Assembly: GCA_013239625.1 (NCBI GenBank)
Contig: MU057352.1
Span: 29,581,277 to 29,645,276, forward strand
Source of the DNA: Lama guanicoe
Lineage: Eukaryota
DNA length: 64,000 nucleotides
Direction of reading: 5' to 3'
Below, in pieces: positions 13,216-26,200 of the stretch (the first letter of the stretch is position 1; the number at the start of each line of letters is the position of its first letter). The position numbers and the translations under genes were made by a program. The notes below the pieces were generated by a model. The model did not search any database. It was given only the letters and a program-made list of their open reading frames with translations, and had not been told where the DNA came from.

Positions 13216-14104
13216 CCCGTGAGTTGAACAGTGTGGTTTGCTCTGATCAGGCAGCTGAGAGCAGACTGTGCAAGGCTCGCCCGTCCGGGCTCACGCTTCC
13301 CCCACTCGCCCTCCTGCTCTGTGCCTCTCCTACTCACTTGTAAGTGGTAATAAAAACACTCCCCTCACGGGAGTTCTTGCCCGGATTAAACCAGACCACA
13401 GACAGAGCCAGGCGGGCGCGCAGAGAACATCCACTGGATGGGGAAGGTCACGGCCGCTCTCCCAGGGCGGCGCAGCAGACCGCTCCAAGGTCAAGACGCG
13501 CGGGTTCTCACCTCAGGCCTTCCCTTCCCAGCGTGTGACCCGAAGCGGGACACTTAGTTTCCCTTTGTGTCCCTGAGTGTTAGTTGTTGTTTTCAACCGG
13601 ACTAGAACAGTAAATACCTTAAAGGGCGCTGTGGGGTGGAGCCATCCCATCAGAACCCGACACAAAGTGAACATTTGAAAAACGCTAGCTCTTGTTACCA
13701 CGTGTTGTGACGATGAGGTTGAGGATGACATAGAGGAAAGTAGCAGCATGCGACTGTGTCCCGTCCCCCCTAGGGAACACCCCCCCCCCAATGACATTCC
13801 AGGACGGTTACAAGCTCACCAGCCACTTAGTGAGTGGAGTGGGGATGCACTCACCCCTGCACTGTGAAACCAGCCTGGGGCGGAGCAGAGGGGCCCATCA
13901 CACAGCAAAGAAAGTTACCAAGAATTGCAATCAGAATCCCTCATCCATCTCTCTAGTGGATTTTTAAGTTACTAAACTCTTCCTGTCTTCAGTGTTGAGC
14001 TATACGGAAAACACCTACTAAACGGTAGATAAATATTTGACCATTGAAAAGCACCATATTTGGACTTCAGCCACTACACAAGACCAGCACTACGTCTCTC
14101 TTTT

Positions 14105-14200
14105 CCAATATTTATTTGTCGAGGGTCTCCTAAGTGCCTGGCTCTGCTAGACTCTGGAGAAATAGTGATAAATAATTTAGACACAGTCTTTGCTACCAGG
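14105..14200 (-). mobile_element. L2 3' end fragment
   Basis: aatatttatttgtcgagggtctcctaagtgcctggctctgctagactctggaga. Confidence 0.7.
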
Positions 14201-15689
14201 AATTTAAAAATTTCGTGGAGGTAAAGAAAAAGTACACAGAAAATCACCATTTTCATAACACAACTCTGTGTCTGTCTGTCTGTCCGCAAATATTTTTTTC
14301 AGGGCACAAGTGTAGAATTAAGGTATCTATAAAAAGAAATAAACACTTGTCAAATAAAAAGTTTAGTCTTTATGGTAAAAGTTAAGGGATTTTTTTGACA
14401 TTACATGGGCAGGATACAATTTGACTCAGTGTTGACATTTTAAGTAAATATTATTTTAATTAACATCATGACTATCTCGTTACATGTTCCTGCCTCCCAA
14501 TCTTGAAGTGCCTCAGAGAATATGTAGTCCAGGCAATTCCGTTTAGAGATGAGAGACCTGGGCCCCAGGAACATTAAATGTGCTTCCAAGGTTAAGTGGA
14601 AAATTGTTACTGCGGGATGTGAATTCAGTCTACAGGTAGAGTCCTGAATTTGCTTCATGCACATGTAATTTCTATTTCTGTTGGAAAGTGAGGATTCTTT
14701 CTGCATCAGTTGATTAAAACTTCTTGGCCTAATTGTCTTTGGTCAATTTATTTAAAATAATAGTATGTGTTTTTGTACATCCTTTATGTCTTCAGTAAAA
14801 ATCTTTGCATTATGAAAGTTACATCCCTGCCATTAATTTTCATTAACAAATATTTGATTAAGCCACAACCTTAGAGAAACTTTCTCTTGGAACCTGTCAC
14901 CTAGAGGCTTCATGTTCTCCTGACAAAGCAAAGAGCTAACAGAACAATTCTCACTATTAAAAAAAATACAAACCTTCAAAACACATGCTGTTTCAGTTTA
15001 ATGGTTGCGAATAGTAGTTTGTTATGGAACGTTAGTGGTTCGATTACAACAGCCGTTTCTAAAATGAATCACAGTTATTACCATCTAAGGTACGGCATAA
15101 ATTGTAGACTGTAATTGCTCACAGGCTTTTCTAAAACAATCGTAAGTCTACGTCGTAGCTGGAGCACGCGGTTGACATAATAAACCGGAGGAAGGTTTAC
15201 CACAAACCTAAATCCAAAGATGGAATGGAAGAGAAAGACTGCTGTAAACTGAAATTAAAATGAAGGAGCAAGAAAGTAATGTTCACCTGCAGACTCATTA
15301 TCTTGACTGTCTCTTTTCTTGGGTCTATGACGATTTTAGTGCAGGAAAGATGGTGAAGACCGCGTAGGCTAATGGAGTTTAAATACGGAGCTCTCACTCA
15401 CCCAGAACCACAGCCTCAGTATAAAAATGTATCAAAAGTGGGCTTTTATTTGGTTGAGTCTTGAGTGAAGTTTTCAGGACTTTTGTCCTTCAACTCAATC
15501 TCCCTTTCCCCGTCTCCTCAATTTGTTGAGCCCAAGACACCATGGAACTGCAGAGTAAAATGCACAGCTCTGTCCTAGTCATTCAGTGACACGGTTGAAA
15601 ATATTGAAACCAGAAAATGAGTATGGATTCACCAATATCTCAGACCTGATTAGTGGGAACCTGGGGACAGGAAGACAGCTCTCCTGCAC

Positions 15690-16030
15690 CCTCTCTCCTT
15701 CTGCACCCCTGTCTCTTAGCACTTCATTCTCCCCTTGTCGGTTGTCTCCCAAAGAGGTCCTCTCTGACCACTCCAACTAAAATAGCTTTCTCTGCTTTTT
15801 TTTCTAATTTAGCATTCTACTGTTTTCCTTTGCTTGCGACACCTCTTGAGGTTTATAATCATTTAATGTATTTTCTTGCTAGCTTATTCATTGCCTTATC
15901 CTCTGAAAAAAAAATGCAAAACCTCATGAGGACTGGAACCACCTTGTCTGCTTGCTTGTTATTTTGCCCACAGGGTGTAGAGGACTAGACTGAGTAAGCA
16001 GCAGGTAACGTGTAAGGGTGCTCTGACTGA
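15690..16030 (+). mobile_element. L2 3' fragment
   Basis: gaggtcctctctgaccactccaactaaaatagc...aatgcaaaacctcatgaggactgg...ttgtctgcttg. Confidence 0.65.
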
Positions 16031-17229
16031 GTGGATGCTCCCCAAACCACTTCTTATTCCCTTTTCTGAAACCTCCGGTGTTTCAGCAACTGGTTCTGAT
16101 GTAACTTACGAGTTACCACTCCTTTTTCCTGCCTGGGCTATTACCACCCCCTGGGGCTCCTTTGAGTGGCTCCGAAACCCTGGGGTGAATGCCCAGTGTC
16201 CTTGTGCGTCTTCTCTTGGTCTGAGCACAAAGCTCCAATTCTGAAAGCCGACACACTGTTTAAAATGCAATTACCGTCCACCTACAGATTCTCTCTCCCT
16301 AGCCTGGTCAAGCTCCGTTGGTTCTTTATAGCTTCCTCTGTTTCCATGGAGACAGATGGATTTTTTTTTTTTTTTTGCTATTACTGTCTAGGGCCAAGGA
16401 ATATGCAAACAGAAGAGGTGGGAATTAACTTGGACACTCTTTGGGCAATTAGCATCTAATGAATCCATCCTCAAAATAGATTGGCTACAACCCCATTAGT
16501 CCAGAGTCATCGCTGCTCAGGCTTCACGTAATAAGATGTCGAATGATAACGCGCAGCAGGGACCCTAAACAGGGCTTCTGGGGAGACAATGTTTACTGAA
16601 CAAACAGTGTGGTCACCAGGGAGAGAGCGGCACATTTGCATTTCCTGTTTCAATGTGTGAAAATGTTTTTCTTCTTGAAAGGGGCTGCATTAAGGAGCTT
16701 GGAGGCATCTTGCCAAACTCATTTGTACAGTGGATTAGGATCTGAATAAGATTATAGAATTTCATGTCCAGTGTGGAGGGGAGCAGGGGTGGGGCGTGCA
16801 GTTTCTCTTCGCATTCATGACCATGTTACAAGACTTCATTTTTTTTTAACTCCAGTAGGGCAGAGTCTATCCAATTCTTCCCTTTCACAAAAGAGGCTCA
16901 GGGAGGACAAGGGCGTAGCCCAAGGTCCCTAAGTCAGCAGGTGGCTGAATGAGCCGAAGTCATGGGTGTCCTCATTCCGGACACTTAGCTCCCCCTCTCT
17001 CACACCTCGCAGCCCCTCCCACGTGGAGAATCACACATCTTGATAGAATATCCACCCTCGTCACCGAAGAGGAAAGGAAAAGTACAGGACCCTCCAGCAG
17101 AAAGTGGAAGTTATAACAAAGCCATGGCCAGAGAATAACATTAAATCAGATCACTCTATTCTCATTAAATGGAAAAAAAAATTCTTCCCAAATCTTCCCA
17201 GTTTCCATGATTTCTCTGATCTTTCCCCC

Positions 17230-17813
17230 AAATTGTGATGCAAGCTTAAGATGTTGACCCACAAGGTGGTGCTTATTTCATTAAATCATACTGCTTTGAC
17301 CAGAACTTGCGTAGCCCTGGTGGGGCATGGCAGGAATCTTACGTAGCCCATCAGTCTCTTGGCCTTCTTCTCTGGTCCAGTCACTGTGGTACCAGCCAGA
17401 TGTGCGTGAACGTGGTCTGGTGATCCTGGTTTCTGATGCGCCGTGCCTACTCGCCCTGGCCGGTGGCCCCTCTGCTTCAGGAGTGTGCAGCTGGATTGAC
17501 TGTGAGGGGGTTAATACCCCTGGAGCATCAGGGACAAATGAGGCATGGGAATCAGCAGGCAAACGCCTCCTCCACCAAGCCTCGCATGTATATTCTGGGG
17601 CATATTCTGAATGACTTCGCATGGAGTCCCAGTACATTAGCATTAGTTGCTTTAAACAATAACCAGCTCAACTATCCACACTTGCCTTGGTTTTTCTTGA
17701 AATCATTCATTCTTCCCAGGACATCCACTTTCATTCTATGAAATAAGTTTCCCAAATAATCTACCTGAATGCATATGCACACACTCTGTTCATAAAGAAC
17801 CCAAGCTAAGACA
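17230..17813 (+). mobile_element. ERVL solo LTR (LTR16-like)
   Basis: gagggggttaatacccctggagca...aaatgaggcatgggaatcagcagg internal motif, and terminus cccaaataatctacctg...gaacccaagctaagaca. Confidence 0.8.
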
Positions 17814-17840
17814 TAGGGCTGTTTCCTTGTATTTAGTGGA

Positions 17841-18345
17841 TGTATTAGGCAGGGTTCCTGAGAGATACAGAATCAGTAGGGGGTAGACAGATGGACAGAC
17901 AGATACACAGATACAGCAAGAGATATAGATCATCTATAACTTAACTATATCTATCTCTACATTTTTTTTTACCACTTGAGATTTAAATTAATTTCTAATT
18001 CACTTGCAGGGCTCCACATCTACTGTTGTGGATGCTCCAGCTCAGGCAACATCCAGACCTGTGTGGGAGCTGTCTTATCTGCTCTATTTTCCGTGAGTGT
18101 CAGAAATCCTGTAGTTTCTGAAGGCCTCTCGTTATTTTGTCTCATGACATCTAAATGACATGACCCCTCCCCTAAGTGTTCTCGCTACCTGCCTATCTAC
18201 CTCGAGGTTTATTGTAAGAAATTGGCTCCTGTGGTTGTGGAGGTTGGGAAGTCCCGCGATCTGTACCTAGGATGCGAAGACCCAGGAAAGCACGTGGTGC
18301 AGTTCCAGCGCGAGGCTGAAGGTCTGAGAAGCAGGAAAGCCAACC
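17841..18345 (-). mobile_element. MLT2-type ERVL LTR (partial, internally disrupted)
   Basis: Starts tgtattaggcagggttcctgagagatacagaatcagtagg, then an AGAT-like tract. Resumes near 18205 with tttattgtaagaaattggctc...aagtcccgcgatctg...gacccaggaaagc...gaaggtctgagaagcagg. Confidence 0.8.
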
Positions 18346-19394
18346 TTTCATTTACACTGTTTCACTTTCCTACCCTATGTCTGTCTCTGTATCTCCATCT
18401 CCATCCTCGCTCTGACCCATACCATACCAACACTCTGGTTACTTTGAATAAAAATGTAGGAAAAATGACTGGCAAATCCCCTCTCTATTTCCACTTTGCT
18501 CATCTTTTCTGTGTCTACATAATAGTGAACAGAGCTGATACTTGGACGTGCACCGTGGAAAAAATTATCTCCATCTTTAATATCACCCCAAACTCCAGGC
18601 CCAAGTACACAGCTTCCTAAGACATACTCACCCAGCTGTTTCTTATACTGAAATTAAGTATGTCCCAAACTGCCAAAGCACACTCCGGGGTGACGGTCCC
18701 AGTCTCTGTCTGTAACTGCACTACTTACTCAAACACGCAGGCGAAGCACTCAAACCTGCTTAGCTTCCTTCCCCAACTTTATTCTCCCTCTAAAATGTCA
18801 TTCTTACTCCGTGACTTTGTAGTGTGTTATCTCTCTGGACTATAAGAGAGTGACTTGCAAGTACCTCCCGCTTCTAACACAGGCTCAGACAGAGAGAAGG
18901 TGCACTCAGATGTCTGCTAAGTAAATGAGCGTGTGGTTTTCACAGCTCGGTGTCGGAGTTAGGTGTAGATTAACCACAATAGAAATAAACTAGGGTTTGT
19001 CACTAGCCTCCAAAAAGAAAAAGACAGACAGAGAGAGATATGTTTGGAACAGAAGGGGATAAAGAAACCATTTATTTCACTCAAGGGTGATGTTTACAGC
19101 AGAAATCATAAAATAGGCAAGTTTCCCTTGCATCTCCAGTGCGTGACCTGAACAGCGCTAACTGCAGAGACAGCGTGTTTTTCCTCCCAATAGGGCTTAC
19201 ATAGAGATTCTAATGAATTCTTTGATTCCAATAATTCAGTCTTAAAGCAGATCTAGTCACTTTTCCCTGAGCAGCACAATTAGTGCCCAGGAAGTGTATT
19301 CCCTGGAAGTAACTAGCATTTTTAATGTGCTAAAACTGGAGAACACAATTGAGCCATTTGGAATGCTCTCGTAATTCCAAAGAACTTCGTAGCA

Positions 19395-19808
19395 AATTCT
19401 TCCAGGATGTATAAAGATATTTTTAAATGTTCTCGCTTCTATTTTTTTGGACGAGTTTAGAAGAATTGGTATTAATTTTTCAGAAAATGCTGCGTAGAAT
19501 TCACCTGTGACACCATCTGATTCTGAGATATTCTCTGCTGAAAGATGTTTATTACAGATTCAGTCTCCTTGTTGGTTATTGGTCTGTTCAGGCTGTCTAT
19601 TCCTTCTTGATTCAGAATTGGTAGGTTGTGTATTTCTAGGCATTTATCCATCTCATCTAAGTTGTTCGATTTGCTGACATATAATGTTTATAATGTTTAC
19701 GGTATGTGTATATAGTTAATTTCTGTGGCATTAATTGTAATGTCTCCTCTTTCATTTTGATTTATTTATTTGAGTTTCCTCTTTTTTCCCCTTGGTTAGT
19801 CTGGTTAA
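19395..19808 (-). mobile_element. L1 ORF2 fragment (pre-RT region), antisense
   Basis: agaagaattggtattaatt...tagaattcacctgtgacaccatctg...gattcagaattggtaggttgtgtatttctagg is the antisense of the ORF2 LPRLNQEE...GEFYQ segment. Confidence 0.9.
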
Positions 19809-19809
19809 A

Positions 19810-20155
19810 TATCTCAAAGAAACACCCATACTTCCAAGTTCATTGAAGCCTTATTCACAACAGCCAAAACATGAAAACAATCTAAATGTCCATCAAAGAA
19901 TGAAAGGATAAAAAAAAGTGTACATACAACAGAATATTATTCAGTCTTGAAAAAAGAAGGAAATCCTACCGCTTGTGACAACGTGGGTGAACCTGGAGCA
20001 CATTATGCTAAATGAAATTAGCCACATATAGAAGGACAAATACCACGTGATACCATGTATATGAGGAGCTTACAATAGTCAGACTCACAGAAGCAGGGAG
20101 TAGAATGAAGGATAAAAACCGCAAGAGCATCTCAAAGATGCAAAAACAGCATTTG
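19810..20155 (+). mobile_element. L1MB-like ORF2 C-terminus/3' UTR fragment, followed by a short ORF2 RT-region piece
   Basis: ttattcacaacagccaaaacatg...aaggaaatcctacc...gaacctggagcacattatgctaaatgaaattagcca, then aaggataaaaaccgcaagagcatctcaaagatgcaaaaacagcatttg (KDKNHMIISIDAEKAF-like). Confidence 0.85.
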
Positions 20156-20649
20156 GGTACATTTTAGACATACCAGTCTCAGAAGTGTCTTTTACTGAGA
20201 TTCCGCGGTGAATACAGAGAACATAAATTAGCTTCCATTGACCTGGTCTCCATGGCTGGGTTCTAGTACCTGTAGTTTCAGTCTTCTCCAGAATTTCTCA
20301 ATTTATGAAAAGGGCATAATATTGTAGGATTGTAAATTAGGTGTGATTGTAAGAGATTATCCATCCGTCCGTCCAACTCTTTATTACCTGTAGAGACTGT
20401 GTGTTGTAACAGACAGCATTCTGAGCCCTGGGAGTGCACGGATAAATTAAACAAATTCTCTCCATAAATAAACAGGCAGCCAAAATGATGTCACAGCATG
20501 GTACAGACACTGATGTTCCAGAAGAGGTCACATTGAACTGTAAGAGCACAGATCAAGAGCATGAGATTCAGACGTGGAACAATAGGGATATGGGGGGAAA
20601 CTGAAAAATAAGCAGGTACTTGTACGTCATTAGGATCTGGTTCATACCC

Positions 20650-21440
20650 ACCTTTTCCCAGGGCTCAGCAATTCTCAGCGCCTCTATTTCCTTGGACTCT
20701 TTTCTTTGATGACCTCATTCTTTTTCATGTTTCTAAACAGATGGCTTGTGTTCATGATCCCCTCATTTATCTATCCTACCTAAACCTCTCACTGACTTTC
20801 AAACTATGATTTCCAAGTGTCCACAGGTGTCACTGCCTGGATCCATCTCGCCAGAATCTTACCCTTAACCAGCCCCAAACTGATCTCTTAATCATGGCTT
20901 CAAACCTCATCTTCACTTTATACCTGCCCTTCCTGTCTTATATCCACTCTAACTCATGTGATCAAGCTATAAAACTGGAAATCGTTCTTAACCCCCACCT
21001 TTTTTGTAACCTACATGCAATTTTGACTTCAATCTGCTGATTCTATTTCCAAAATCCACCTTACATCTGTCCACCCTGCTGTGCTGTCACCTCCCCTACT
21101 CCGAGCCATCACCATCTCTGACATGTACTGCTGAAATACTCCGCCTGCTTCTCCCTGCACACCCGCTTTAACTCCCTTACAATCAGTTCTGTGTGTAGCG
21201 GCCTAAAGTGCAGTTTTAAATGCAGATCCTTTCACACCGGTCCCCCCTTAAATCCCTCCAGGGGGTAAATAAACGTGTTTGCACTTGAACTAAATTCCAA
21301 AATCCTTTCAGTGCCCAGCTGGCCCACACAGCCCATACCTGGCTGACTATTCCGAACCCCCGGTATCCAGCTTTCCCACAGGATTCAGTAACAGGGCTCC
21401 CCTCACCACGGATCTCTCTACCACCTTGTGCCTGCTGGTG
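20650..21440 (+). mobile_element. L2 LINE fragment
   Basis: Pyrimidine-rich L2 body motifs (gatgacctcattc...ctcatttatctatcc...ctctcactgactttcaaact...tctgctgattctatttccaaaat...caatcagttctg). Confidence 0.8.
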
Positions 21441-22289
21441 TTCCAGAATAACTAGTTTGTCTTCTGTTTACACTTCCCTTTTGTTCTGCAAAACACAGAG
21501 TGAATGAGGAGAACAGCCCCGTTTTTATGATCCCATCTTTGATCTGGATAATTTACTGGCTGACAATTACATGGGTCCCCAGATGCAGTCTCCCATGCGC
21601 AGTGATTTCTGGTAATAATTTCAGATAATATCCTACAATATAAAGTCCTGACATCCGAGGGGGCCGTGGACAAGTGATTATTTTTTAGTCTTTCTGGCAA
21701 GGGCAATGATCTCTGAACACGATGATGATAATTAAGATTTCCCTGCTTAACAGAGTCGGAGCAAAGGGGAGCAGTAAAAAGTTACCACAGAAGGGGAGGC
21801 AATGAAAGAGCCCACGGACACAGCGCTCAGAGCTCAGAGAGTGACCTCAGCCAAAGAGGGGCGTGCAGTGTATTAAGGAGCCCTTGGTAACAGAATGAAA
21901 GTGATAGAATTAATGCTGTGCTATGACAGAGGGTTTTGCTATTAAGAGAACTGGGGGACGTGCACTCAGCCCTTGCAATGTCCCTTCAAATGCGTGAGGG
22001 GCCGGGCTTTAGGGAGCGGAAGGCCCCGTGCTCTGAGACTGTGATGCCTGAGTGAGGGCATGAGTGAGGGGTCAGGGAGGTGCGGTGGACCAGCTTTTCC
22101 TCAGGGCCTCCTCATGTCTCAGAATGCCCTGGAGCGAGGTCAGCCCAGTGGTGGGCGCAGGGGCCGGGCCTCCCGAGCATGGGAGGCCAGAAGGACTGCG
22201 ACCCTCAAGAACGCGCACTCTGCGTTCACTTGTGTTCTGTTTTCATCCGAGAACTCCGGGGCCTGAGCAGATTACCCTGCCAAGGCAAG

Positions 22290-22566
22290 CAGGGTCTTGG
22301 CTGTGAGATGAAATATCAAACCCCAGAAGAACTGGAATTGTAGATAATCAGCATTTTTAAAATATCCCAAATGTTTCATGGTGCATAATTGCACTTAAAA
22401 AAAATCTCCATACTCATGTGTATGCATACACAATATACATGTATGTGCACACTGTGTGTGGTGTGTATACATATACACGTACGTACATAGTGTGCGTATC
22501 CGTACTCATCTGAAACTCCAGTTTTGGAAGCATCCTGGATTTGCATTTGCTGACTCTGGCAACCCT
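22290..22566. mobile_element. MER53-like non-autonomous DNA transposon with an internal TA/TG-rich expansion
   Basis: Ends atctgaaactccagttttggaagcatcctggattt...tctggcaacccta; the 5' half contains gaattgtagataa...tcccaaatgtttcatgg. Confidence 0.6.
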
Positions 22567-23799
22567 AAACTACAAGACACAGAGGGTAAGAATTGGGCCA
22601 AGTCCCCAGGGAAGCCTTCTTCAAGCTAGAAGAGCCAAGGCTCGGTGTCAGCACACATTTCCTCATGAGGATCTTAGAACCAAGCACTAGGAGGCACCTT
22701 CCTGACTTACACGCAGGCCCACGCGGGCCACCGGAAGCGCCTCCGTCTGCGCGGGTCATAGGCGCTGCTCAGGAACGGCATGTTCTCCCAGCTCGGGCCC
22801 GGCTCTGTGAGCTTATGTTACTCGCCAGGACACGCCAGGCACGGCGGTAGCCCCTTCCAGCCTGAAAACAGCACAAAGTCCCTGATGGTCAGAGACAGAA
22901 ATAAAAAGCAAAGAAGTTTAGAAGAAGGAATCGTTTTATGGGGTGGTGTACAGTTTGTAGTTTCTTAAAGAGAATAAAAGTTTCCCTTTCAAATTAAAAA
23001 CACCACCTCTACTCCACTCTCTTGGTAGCTCTAATTACAGTGTTTGTGACCCAGTGGAGCCCCACATGCATCTGTGAAAGGTAACTCGTCGCAGACGCTG
23101 TGGGACTTCACAGCCGCCTTCGGGCTAAGACCCGGCCCCTTCCATAGACAGAGTCAACCACAGAATTTCTCTGGGAGCTGAATTGCAGTGATGCAGGTTT
23201 TAAACCCACAAAACATTTGCTGGTGGAAATTAACCCAAGGGGCTTACAGCATATCCATTTCTTGATAGATCACTAGTATTCCTTTTTAAAAATTTCCTAT
23301 TAGAATTTTAAAATAGGCCCTTTTTGATTTTTCACATGATCTCATTTTAGCCACTCTCCCCACAGTGTGGTTTCCTCACAACAAAGTTATTGGATGAGAC
23401 CCAGGGGCAATTGGATTGAGCGACAGGACTCCTGGGTGTTTGAACAGAGAGACAGCAGTAGAACTGAAGAGGAAAGGGGAGGGGGAGTGAGTGGTTCTTG
23501 GGGTGCAGAAGTGCTGTAGGGCACCGCCACCCTTTGCCTCTGCTGCTCGTGAGACTGACCGCTGGGAGGACGGCCCAAAGCGGGATTGGAGGCTTACAAG
23601 CACAGGGCTTCTCACGCAGTTAGTTGTGGTCAGACTGCACATAGCAACAGGACAAGCGAAGATTGCTAGCAATTTGAGTTCATTTAGATATGGTCTAAAA
23701 ATGTGTCTATAGACAGCATATAAAATGTACAGCAGAATCCAGCTGTATTTCTCCATACTGATGGATACGCACATTTTGGCAGCTGCTCTTAATGACTGA

Positions 23800-24178
23800 T
23801 GTCATCCCCTTCAGCAAATGTCACCCCCTTCCCTCTGATGATGCCCTGGTGTAGACATCTATCACCTTCCACGGAGGGTTTCTCTCACCCTGTGCCGGGC
23901 AATCTGGAATTTCTGGAGAAGACAGCTCCTGGGACAGTCCCCGTCCCATAAAACATGGGGTGATTTTGACGCATCTCTTACACCGTCTCTCGAAGCTTCC
24001 CCAGGCCTGGCGCCAGCCCACACCAGAGGCCTTATTATTCCAGCCCCTCTGCTGACTTTCCCTCCACCTGGTGTCACTTCCCCACTCCCCTGTCTGTGTT
24101 TGTAGGATTGCCTTCCAAATAAATCACTTGTTTCAAATCCCTGACTCAGGAATTGCTTTTGAGAACTCAAACAAAGCC
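23800..24178 (+). mobile_element. ERVL LTR (LTR33/LTR16-like)
   Basis: Terminus ccttccaaataaatcacttgtttcaaatccctgactcaggaattgcttttgagaactcaaacaaagcca. Confidence 0.7.
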
Positions 24179-24362
24179 AGAAAAAACAGTTTCTCTCTCT
24201 CTCTCTCCCCTAGATATCTGAATAGTGGCCAAAGCTTTACATGTTAATGTACCTTAAGGTATATTTCCCTCATTTCATAGGAAAAAAAAATTACTTAATG
24301 CTTAACAGTTCTTTGGAGCCCAAATGCACAATATCTAATACTTTTGAGGACTGCCACTGAGA

Positions 24363-24473
24363 TTAAGGTTACCAGATTAACCAAATAAAAAATAGAATAT
24401 AGACAGAAGGACAGATAAGTAGATCTGAAATTCAAATATTTCACACCGGGTACCTGTTTTTATCTGACAACCT
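24363..24473. mobile_element. MER53-like MITE, internally deleted
   Basis: Imperfect terminal inverted repeats ggttaccagat / atctgacaacc, with internal atctgaaattcaaat. Confidence 0.7.
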
Positions 24474-25559
24474 GGGATGGCTGAGGTGACCATTAGAAAC
24501 CCCAGACTCAGGAGCTTCAAAAATGATTTTTTGTCACCTAAATATTCATTCAGTCTCTTGACTTGTTAATTATGTCACCATCAACTCAGTCTCCCATTCT
24601 GGAACTGCTGACGGCATCTACCTTATTCAGTCACAGCCCCCACGTAAAGGAGTCATATCCCCCATCAGCTGTCTCCCCGACCCAGGCTCCCGGATTTTAC
24701 ACACAGAGGGCAAATTCAGCACGACCCGCTGCAGTACTGGCTTGGGTTTGGGCCCCACCTCAGTAGCACCCCGCCCCTCTGAGCTAGACTGAAGCACACG
24801 TTAGTCCATCCAGCGAGCGTAAGGCTAGCGACCTCATTGGCAAGCCTCCTTCTCCTAGGACTTGCCCTACTTCGTGCTTGGTGCTTAACAAGTAAGGCAG
24901 ACATTGCCTCTTCCCAAGCCAGAGTCCCAGGTCCTCCTGACTGCCCCCTGCACGACGGAAGAGAGAAAAAGCAACTTCACTCAGAAAAGAGAACTCCCGT
25001 GCAAGGGAGCCCTATGGAAAACTAACTTCAAAATATTTTTCTTCCTCTTGAAACCTCTCTCAGAGTGGATAACCCCGAAACTCGATTTTGATGGCAGACA
25101 AGATTTCTACTCTTTGATCATGGAAGGAAGTGGCTGAGGGAAAGTGAAGCCATTGGTTTTCTTTCTCAGAGGTCAAAGTGGTAATGCCACTTTTTCTAAC
25201 CCTTTATTCTCTCAGCCAAAGACCCAACACCTTATTCTCATGTGTAAAGGCAGTAAGGTTTCTGCATCGCTCCATCACATGGGGCAGCTAGCAGAGAAAA
25301 AGGGGATGGATGCATACATGCTCACCTGATGGACTGCTCAGTTCTGGCTGCCATGCTTTAGAGGAGCCACTGGCCATCTCGACCATGTCCAGAGGAGATC
25401 AGCCAGCCTACTGGACAATCCAGAAACAGCGGCAGAAGACAGACTCGGGGATATTTAGCTTGGAAAAGTAGAAGGCACAGGGAAGACATACAAGCTGCCC
25501 ACAGATACTTCTGTAAGAAGTATACACACACACACATATGTATATTTCTTTCTTTCTAC

Positions 25560-25720
25560 AAATCATTTAATCTTTGCAGTGATCCAAGAGGGTTGGCACG
25601 TCATTACCCCCACTTGAAGCTGCAGAAGCTGAGTTAGAGGGCAGTTAACTGACGTGCACATTCACATCCCTGAAAGGGAAGAGCTGGGAGCTGGGCCTGG
25701 CTGGCATCTGTGTTCTTAGT
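25560..25720 (-). mobile_element. MIR SINE
   Basis: tcatttaatctttgcag...cattaccccacttg...gaagctgagttagagggcagttaactgac. Confidence 0.65.
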
Positions 25721-26019
25721 GACATTTGCTCGGCCTCTCTGTGCAGGGACGTCCTGTCAGGGGAGTGTAAGACAGTGGGCTCCAGACTTCTTGTAATCCA
25801 TCCATAGAGATGCTGAGCTGAAACAAGAGGTGTCTGTGGCCCAGCCTCTCCCCAGCATCTGAAACAGCTCACCAAGACTTAGTCCACTTAAAGCAGTGCT
25901 CTCATAGGATAAGGCAGAGTCCAGCAGCGTCCTCTGACCTGGTCAATGCCTTTCATCCAATTCTGGGAAGTAGGGATACTGCTCAAAGCCTCCAGATGCT
26001 TTTCTGTTTGTTTGTTTTG

Positions 26020-26200
26020 GAGTCAGCCCTGTCTGCTCTGGGAAGATATCTTGGCTTTGCCACTTATTGGCCTCAAACCTTCAGGCAAATTGCTTCTCTT
26101 TGTTTCTCTCTGAGTCTTTCGTGCTTTTATCGAGTTGAGAGGATTTGTGAGTTCATATTCCGAAAGCACTTGGAGTGGCACCTGGTACACAGGTGTTCTG
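26020..26200 (+). mobile_element. MIR SINE
   Basis: ggctttgccacttatt...accttcaggcaaattgctt...gttgagaggatttgtgag...aaagcacttggagtggcacctggtacacag. Confidence 0.7.

Noticed and set aside
21810-21830. REST/RE1-like half site (ccacggacacagcgc); left-half-like ttcagcac at about 24715
   Set aside because: Only isolated, imperfect half sites.
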